A stretch of 64,000 bases of DNA from a bacterium. Its GTDB lineage: Bacteria; Armatimonadota; Zipacnadia; Zipacnadales; Zipacnadaceae. Numbering within the stretch: the stretch's first letter is position 1; each line of letters opens with the position of its first letter. This document shows, one piece after another, positions 57,960 to 64,000 of this stretch. The stretch spans positions 26,323 through 90,322 of the forward strand of contig JAUWYY010000008.1 of assembly GCA_030615605.1 (NCBI GenBank). The letters are read 5' to 3'. Position numbers and translations under genes: made by a program. The notes beneath the pieces are model-generated. The model saw only the letters and a list, made by a program, of their open reading frames with translations. It did not search any database and was not told the DNA's origin.

Positions 57960-58979
57960 ATGATCATCGTAATGGGACCAGAGGCCACAGAGGAAGACAT
58001 TCAGCGCGTTTCTGATAAGCTCAAGGAATGGGGTTATGACTCGCATATCTCGCGGGGCGTGGAGCGCACACTCATCGGCGCGGTCGGTGCCCCCGAAGGC
58101 GAAAAGGAGAGCATCGCCGAGCAACTGTCGCGTTTCCCCAACGTGGACCGGGTCGTCCCCATTCTCAAGCCCTACAAGCTGGTCAGCCGCGAGTCGCAGG
58201 CGCAGACGACCCAAGTGAGACTAGGCGAGGTGGAGTTCGGCAGCCGTCAGGTTGGTGTTATCGCCGGCCCCTGTGCAGTTGAGTCAGAGGAGCAGATTCT
58301 GGAGGCGGCCCGCGCGGTGAAGGCCGCCGGAGCCTGCGCGCTGCGCGGTGGGGTCTACAAGCCCCGCACATCGCCGTATTCGTTCCAGGGCCTAGGAGAA
58401 GAAGGCCTGGAACTGATGGTGGCCGCTCGCGAAGAGACCGGGCTGCCCATTGTCACCGAGGTAATGGACCCCCGCCAGGTGGAGCTGCTGGCAGAGGCAG
58501 ATGTGCTCCAGGTCGGTGCCCGCAATATGCAGAACTACGACCTGCTGCGTGCAGTCGGCCAGACCGACAAGCCGGTTCTGCTTAAGCGAGGCTTTGCGGC
58601 GACGGTCCAGGACTGGCTGCGGGCAGCAGAGTATATCGCGGCGGCGGGTAACCTGCGGGTGATAATGTGCGAGCGGGGCATCCGCAGCTTTGAGACCCAG
58701 ACCCGTTTTACGCTTGATTTAGGCGGGATGGCGGCGGCCCAGCGCGAGACCCACTTGCCCATAATCGCCGACCCCAGCCACAGCATGGGCATGCACGAAC
58801 TGGTCCCGCAGATGGCGCTAGCAGCCATCGCCGCCGGCGCTGACGGCCTGCTGGTGGAGGTGCATCCCCATCCCGATCAGGCTCTGTCCGATGGCCCCCA
58901 GTCGCTGACGCCGGCCAGCTTCCAGCGCCTGATGACCGACCTGCGAGCGGTAGCCCAGGCGATCGGCAAAGAACTGTAG
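57960..58979 (+). CDS. aroF: DAHP synthase (type I-beta, N-terminal regulatory domain)
   Basis: IAGPCAVES, KPRTSPYSFQG, GARNMQN, CERGIR, DPSH, SDGPQSL. Confidence 0.95.
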   Translation: MIIVMGPEATEEDIQRVSDKLKEWGYDSHISRGVERTLIGAVGAPEGEKESIAEQLSRFPNVDRVVPILKPYKLVSRESQAQTTQVRLGEVEFGSRQVGVIAGPCAVESEEQILEAARAVKAAGACALRGGVYKPRTSPYSFQGLGEEGLELMVAAREETGLPIVTEVMDPRQVELLAEADVLQVGARNMQNYDLLRAVGQTDKPVLLKRGFAATVQDWLRAAEYIAAAGNLRVIMCERGIRSFETQTRFTLDLGGMAAAQRETHLPIIADPSHSMGMHELVPQMALAAIAAGADGLLVEVHPHPDQALSDGPQSLTPASFQRLMTDLRAVAQAIGKEL

Positions 58980-58996
58980 CCGACTGAGGAGACATT

Positions 58997-59860
58997 GTGA
59001 GATACAAACGCACAGCAATAATTGGCATTGGTCTCATCGGCGGGTCGTTCGCACTGGCGGCCAAGCGGGCCGGGATCGTCGAGACAGTGGTAGGCGTGGC
59101 GCGCTCGGATGAGACGCTGCGGGCAGCGCTGGAGGTGAGCGCCGCCGACGAAGTCACCACTGACTCCGCCGAGGCGGTGCGGGAGGCGGATCTGGTCTAC
59201 ATCGCCGTGCCGGTGGGCGCTACCCGCGGCGTCTTCGAGCAGATCCGTGATTCGTTGGCGCCAGGAGCATTGGTCACCGACGCCGGCAGCACCAAGCGCG
59301 AGGTTATGCAGGCCGCTGCCGAGTTGCTGCCTGACCACGTCACCTTCATCGGCGGCCATCCTATGGCCGGCTCCGAGCAATCGGGAGTGCGGGCGGCACG
59401 GGCTGACCTATTTGAAGAGGCAGTGTACTTCCTAATCCCGACGGATACCACCTCGCAGGAAGACCTGGACAGGATGCAACAAGTAGTGCGGGCGCTGGGC
59501 GCGATTCCCAGTGTGCAGACGGCACACAATCACGATCGCATTGCTGCCGCCACCAGCCACCTCCCCCATTTGGTCTCGGCTGCGCTGGCAAGCACAGTCG
59601 CCAAACTGGCCGGCGACAACCAAGAAGTGCAGAGCTTTGTCGGCACAGGATTCACCGACACCACGCGCCTGGCTGAGGGGTCGCCCGAGGTATGGCGCGA
59701 CATCCTTATGAGCAATGCCGACAATCTAGGAGATAGCGTGGAGGAATTGATTGGCGCATTGCAGACCCTAACAGTCGCATTGCGCGAGGCAGACTCCGCT
59801 GCGTGCGAGCGGCTGCTAACCGAAGCTCAGCAGGCGCGCTGGAGGCTGACAAACCAGTGA
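58997..59860 (+). CDS. tyrA: Prephenate/arogenate dehydrogenase
   Basis: GIGLIGGS, DAGSTK, GHPMAGSE, HD...SHLPH, DTTRLA. Confidence 0.93.
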   Translation: MRYKRTAIIGIGLIGGSFALAAKRAGIVETVVGVARSDETLRAALEVSAADEVTTDSAEAVREADLVYIAVPVGATRGVFEQIRDSLAPGALVTDAGSTKREVMQAAAELLPDHVTFIGGHPMAGSEQSGVRAARADLFEEAVYFLIPTDTTSQEDLDRMQQVVRALGAIPSVQTAHNHDRIAAATSHLPHLVSAALASTVAKLAGDNQEVQSFVGTGFTDTTRLAEGSPEVWRDILMSNADNLGDSVEELIGALQTLTVALREADSAACERLLTEAQQARWRLTNQ

Positions 59861-61179
59861 CTGCGCTGCGCATTGTCGGTCCGGCAACTGCCCTGCGCGG
59901 CGAGGTCTCCGTGCCTGGCGACAAATCCATCTCCCACCGGTCAGTAATCCTCGGAGCCCTGGCCAAGGGCAAAACCAAAATCAGCGGCTTCCTGGCCGCC
60001 GCCGACTGCCGCAAAACCGCCCAGTCCCTCGTCGCAATGGGCGTAAAGATTGACAACCTGGGCCAGGACGATATGGTTGTCCACGGCGTGGGGCTGAGAG
60101 GGCTGTGCGACTCCGGCGAAGTGCTGGACCTGGGCAACTCCGGCACTGGTATGCGCCTGTTGATGGGCGTGCTGGCCGGACAGAATTTCACCACTACGCT
60201 CACTGGCGATGAATCGCTGCGCCGCCGGCCTATAGATCGCATTGCCATTCCTCTGGCACAAATGGGTATAAAGGTTACCGGCCAGGGAGAGCGCTGCACG
60301 CCACCAGTTACCATATATGGCGGCCAGCCGCAGGCAATCACTTACCATACACCGATGGCCAGTGCCCAGGTCAAGTCGGCAGTGCTGCTGGCCGGGCTAT
60401 ATGCCGACGGCACCACTACGGTGATTGAGCCAGGCCCTTCGCGCGATCACACCGAGCGAATGCTGGCGGCCTTCGGCGCTGAGATCACACTTGACGAACT
60501 GCAGGTCAGCGTGGTTGGCTCGCCTGAGTTGCGCGGGCAGGAGATTGTGGTGCCCGGTGACTTCTCCTCAGCAGCATTCTTGCTGACTGCCGGTCTGCTT
60601 GCGCCCGACTCACAGGTGACCGTGCGTAATGTTCTGCTGAATCCGACGCGCACTGGCCTGTTGGACATCCTGCAGCGGATGGGAGCTGAAGTAGAAGTGG
60701 CAAATCGTCGGCAGGTCGGCGGGGAAGAGCGGGGCGATATCACCGCCTCCACCAGCGAGCTTGTTGCCACCGAGGTAGGCGGCGACGAGATACCCCGGAC
60801 GCTGGATGAGGTGCCGATTTTGGCGCTGCTCGCCACGCAGGCAGAGGGGCAAACCGTCATCCGCGACGCCGCCGAACTGCGCGTAAAGGAGTCCGACCGG
60901 CTGGCAACTACGACTAAGATGCTCCGGGCGTTCGGCGCACAGGTGGAAGAACAGCCGGATGGGCTGGTCATCACCGGACCTACCCGGCTGCACGGAGCCA
61001 CCGTAAACAGCTACGGCGACCATCGCATCGCCATGACGGCAGCGATCGCCGGATTGATTGTAGCAGGTGAGACCGTAGTGGAAGATACGGCGTGTATTGA
61101 TACCTCGTTTCCCGGATTCATTGACTTGGTTGGCCGACTGGGTGGCGAAATATCACCGAATGAGGCGCACAATGACTGA
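59857..61179 (+). CDS. aroA: EPSP synthase
   Basis: PGDKSISHR, GNSGT, ASAQVKSA, SRDHTE, ELRVKESDR, GDHRIAM. Confidence 0.96.
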   Translation: MTALRIVGPATALRGEVSVPGDKSISHRSVILGALAKGKTKISGFLAAADCRKTAQSLVAMGVKIDNLGQDDMVVHGVGLRGLCDSGEVLDLGNSGTGMRLLMGVLAGQNFTTTLTGDESLRRRPIDRIAIPLAQMGIKVTGQGERCTPPVTIYGGQPQAITYHTPMASAQVKSAVLLAGLYADGTTTVIEPGPSRDHTERMLAAFGAEITLDELQVSVVGSPELRGQEIVVPGDFSSAAFLLTAGLLAPDSQVTVRNVLLNPTRTGLLDILQRMGAEVEVANRRQVGGEERGDITASTSELVATEVGGDEIPRTLDEVPILALLATQAEGQTVIRDAAELRVKESDRLATTTKMLRAFGAQVEEQPDGLVITGPTRLHGATVNSYGDHRIAMTAAIAGLIVAGETVVEDTACIDTSFPGFIDLVGRLGGEISPNEAHND

Positions 61180-61891
61180 ATTCCCGCCCAAAATCAAAGG
61201 TGTAGTGGCCATTGACGGCCCGGCGGGCTGCGGTAAGAGCACGGTTGCCCAGATGCTGGCCCGGCGGCTGGGCTATGTTTACGTTGACAGTGGTGCGATG
61301 TACCGGGCAGTGGCTTTTTGGGCAAGCCAAGCAGCATTGGACGTGGAGCAGGATACCGAAGAGATTGGCAATCTATCAGGAGAGCTTAGCTTCGAGTTCC
61401 AGCAAGTCGGTGATGAGCAGCACCTGTTCGCGGACGATGAAGACGTCGAAGAGGCGATTCGCAGTGTGGAGGTGAGCAATCTTTCGTCGCCGGTCTCAGC
61501 CATCCCCCAGGTGCGCGAGCATCTGGTCGCCGCCCAGCGGCAGATGGCCGCTCAGGGCGGCGTGATTATGGAAGGGCGCGATATCGGAACCGTGGTACTG
61601 CCCGATGCAGATCTCAAGGTTTTTCTGACCGCAACAGCTGGCGAGCGAGCGCGTCGCCGCTGGCGGCAGCTCCAGGAGCAGGGCATTATCGAAGATTACG
61701 AGCAGGTCCTGCGCGACCAACTCGAACGGGATAAGCGCGACAGCTCGCGGGCAGTGGCACCGTTGCGCCCAGCCGAAGATGCCCGTGAACTGGTTACTGA
61801 TGAACTGACTATCCAGCAGGTTGTGGACGTACTGGAAAGCTGGCTGCAAGATGCGCTGGCCCGCGGAGGGGACGATGCACAAGACGCCTGA
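61172..61891 (+). CDS. cmk: Cytidylate kinase
   Basis: AIDGPAGCGKST, DSGAMYRA, EGRDIGTVV.P.A, RDKRD..R..APL. Confidence 0.96.
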   Translation: MTEFPPKIKGVVAIDGPAGCGKSTVAQMLARRLGYVYVDSGAMYRAVAFWASQAALDVEQDTEEIGNLSGELSFEFQQVGDEQHLFADDEDVEEAIRSVEVSNLSSPVSAIPQVREHLVAAQRQMAAQGGVIMEGRDIGTVVLPDADLKVFLTATAGERARRRWRQLQEQGIIEDYEQVLRDQLERDKRDSSRAVAPLRPAEDARELVTDELTIQQVVDVLESWLQDALARGGDDAQDA

Positions 61892-62549
61892 GCCAATTCG
61901 CTCCTGGACCTGGCCCCATTACCAGGCGTTGCATGTGTTTCTGCGCGCGTTACTGCGGCTGCTGGGCGGCTGGCGGGTGATGGGACGGGACAATGTGCCG
62001 GAGACTGGTGGCGCAGTAATTGCATCTAACCACGTCTCTTATCTCGACCCACCAGCGATCGGCTCAGCCCTACTCAGACGCACCTACTCCTTCGCCAAGA
62101 AGGAACTCTTTGAGATACCGATCTTCGGCTGGATTATCCGCAAGTGCTACGCCTTCCCCGTGGATCGGGAGATCAGCGATATAGCTGCCTTTCGCCATGC
62201 TATTAGGCTGCTACAAGCTGGTGAGCTACTGCTCGTCTTTCCCGAGGGGGGGCGCAGCGCCGACGGTGAGCTTGAGCAAGGCAAGGTTGGAGCAGCTCTG
62301 ATCGCCTCCCGCGCCGGCGTCCCCATAATCCCCTGCGCGCTGCACGGTACCGACCGGGTCCTGCCGCGCGGAGCCTGGTATCTGCATCGCGGTACCGTCC
62401 AGGTCAGCTTTGGGGAGCCAATCACCTTTGATAAATTCGAGAGTCGCCGCCTGCACAAAGAACAACTCCAGGAAGTTACCGACCAGGCAATGGCCAGCAT
62501 CGCCCGAATGCGACGCGAGCAGGAAGCATTTCTCCAGGCAAAGGCATAA
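61875..62549 (+). CDS. plsC: 1-acyl-sn-glycerol-3-phosphate acyltransferase
   Basis: SNHVSYLDP, AKKEL, FPEGGRS. Confidence 0.9.
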   Translation: MHKTPEPIRSWTWPHYQALHVFLRALLRLLGGWRVMGRDNVPETGGAVIASNHVSYLDPPAIGSALLRRTYSFAKKELFEIPIFGWIIRKCYAFPVDREISDIAAFRHAIRLLQAGELLLVFPEGGRSADGELEQGKVGAALIASRAGVPIIPCALHGTDRVLPRGAWYLHRGTVQVSFGEPITFDKFESRRLHKEQLQEVTDQAMASIARMRREQEAFLQAKA

Positions 62550-62590
62550 GCGGCCTCTGCGGCGAAGATATCCACAGTAAACACTCCGTA

Positions 62591-63133
62591 TTGTCACAGC
62601 GAGATGAGGGGAGAAGTATTGTGCTCGAGGCTATTGCTCAGCGCGCCAGCGTCCGTTCGTATAAGCCGGATCCTGTCTCTGATGAGGAGATCCAGACCAT
62701 CCTGGAGGCTGCGCTGCATGCTCCGTCGGCCAATAACGCGCGCCCCTGGCACATTGTGGTCGTCCGCGACGAAGCCCGGCGCCAGCAACTAAGCGGAGTC
62801 CACCGGTGGGCCAGCTTTTGCACGCAAAGCCCCGTAGTGCTCATCTTCTGCGCCGAGGAAAGTTGCTCACCGCACTGGTGGATTGAAGATCTGTCCGCGG
62901 CGGTCGAGAATGCACTCATTCAGGCCTCTGCATTGGGACTGGGCACCTGCTGGATTGGCATTCGCGGCGGCGGGCCGGGCCACGCATTGAGGCCGGAGGA
63001 ACATGTGCGGAAGGTCTGCGACATTCCTGCCGGCATCCGGGTGTTGGCGCTGGTCACCCTGGGTTATCCCGCCGACAGCCCCCGTGCGAAGCAGCCGGGC
63101 CCGATGGATAATGTGCACGACGAAACTTGGTAA
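62591..63133 (+). CDS. Nitroreductase family protein
   Basis: RASVRSY, APSANNARPW, GLGTCWIG, LGYP. Confidence 0.92.
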   Translation: MSQRDEGRSIVLEAIAQRASVRSYKPDPVSDEEIQTILEAALHAPSANNARPWHIVVVRDEARRQQLSGVHRWASFCTQSPVVLIFCAEESCSPHWWIEDLSAAVENALIQASALGLGTCWIGIRGGGPGHALRPEEHVRKVCDIPAGIRVLALVTLGYPADSPRAKQPGPMDNVHDETW

Positions 63134-63174
63134 GAAGCCTCTGCTCATATCCAGTTAGCCGGGAGTTAAAGACA

Positions 63175-64000
63175 GTGACGGATAGGCGACACTCCGACAA
63201 CCAATTTCGGCGGGCCCAGCATCCGGAGGATGTGGCAGCAGCGATCCGCGCTGCCGCGCGCAGCCAGGTGCCGGGCGCGCTGGAGGGACTCATTAGCGGC
63301 TATCACCCCATTGATATCGCCTTTGCTATGCGCGAGCTGGAGCCTGACGAGCGGGAGGTCCTGTTCCGGCTGCTCGATAGCGTTGAGGCCGGGGTAGTTC
63401 TGGAAGAAGTTGACGACGAGATAAGCGTCGACCTGGCCGAGGCCACCGCAGAGGCCGAACTGGCTGAAATCATCGACGCTATGCCCCCCGATGCCGGTAG
63501 TGATATGGTCAGCCAACTTGATGAGCAGACCGCCCACCGTGTCCTGGAGCGCATTCCTGACGAAGAGTCACAGGAGCTTCGCGAGCTATTGGAATTCGGA
63601 CCCGAGACCGCCGGCGGCTTGATGACCTCTGAGCTGGTCTACGCGCCCCCTGACATCACTCCCAGCGAGGTCGTTGCCCACCTGCGCAGCCAGCAGGTGG
63701 AGGCGCAGGTGCTCAGCTACATCTATGTGGTGGACGAAGAGAGCCGGCGATTGCTGGGCGTGGTGGATATACCCGAGCTGGTCACCGCCCCACCTCATAA
63801 ACCCCTGGCTGAGGCTATGGTCACCGATGTGGTAACGATAAGTCCAGATAGCGATCGAACTGAGGCAGTGCGCCTGGTGGACAAGTACGATTTGATGGCC
63901 TTACCTGTCGTTGACGAGGATCATAGATTGCTGGGTGTCGTAACTGTTGACGACATTATTGACGCGATGCAGGCCGAACATACCGAAGATCTCAGTCGCG
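63175..64000 (+). CDS. mgtE: Magnesium transporter MgtE (partial, runs off window)
   Basis: Manual translation: HPIDIA..., PETAGGLMTSE, YIYVVD, CBS pair ...LPVVDEDHRLLGVVTVDDIID. Confidence 0.9.
   Translation, partial: MTDRRHSDNQFRRAQHPEDVAAAIRAAARSQVPGALEGLISGYHPIDIAFAMRELEPDEREVLFRLLDSVEAGVVLEEVDDEISVDLAEATAEAELAEIIDAMPPDAGSDMVSQLDEQTAHRVLERIPDEESQELRELLEFGPETAGGLMTSELVYAPPDITPSEVVAHLRSQQVEAQVLSYIYVVDEESRRLLGVVDIPELVTAPPHKPLAEAMVTDVVTISPDSDRTEAVRLVDKYDLMALPVVDEDHRLLGVVTVDDIIDAMQAEHTEDLSR

Noticed and set aside
605-63798. Many long antisense/overlapping ORFs (e.g. 2426-3628, 30408-31598, 32162-33190, 56856-57815)
   Set aside because: Shadow ORFs expected opposite real genes in GC-rich DNA; no motifs.

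Overview
This is GC-rich bacterial chromosomal DNA. A DUF1559-type pilin-like gene and DUF6785-type membrane proteins suggest Armatimonadota or a similar lineage (inference). Most of the window is housekeeping: argH, pyrK-pyrD, glyA, purH, ribD-ribE-ribBA-ribH, tsaD, an orphan rpsE, rsmG-parA-parB with two parS sites, hisC-aroF-tyrA-aroA-cmk-plsC and mgtE. The standout is a ~7.4 kb ubiquitination-like locus (551-7928). It encodes a membrane-anchored trypsin-like protease, a ubiquitin-like protein ending in Gly, a NucS-like nuclease, an E1, an E2, a membrane-anchored RING-type E3 candidate and three JAB/MPN+ isopeptidases, one fused to TM-coiled coil-LysM. Seven of its proteins carry a shared acidic/hydrophobic short motif (e.g. 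LDIDL, IEIEL, VDITL) resembling SUMO-interacting motifs. Other notable items: a cobalamin riboswitch heading a pilin-like gene plus BtuFCD-like transporter; a TIR/NDT-like gene flanked by a 32-bp duplication of the purH 3' end; an uncharacterised glycyl radical enzyme; a RibBA whose RibB half looks catalytically degenerate; an exact 2297-bp tandem duplication of a membrane-protein gene; a frameshifted dinB; and several gene relics. All calls come from motif recognition by eye; no database searches were run.
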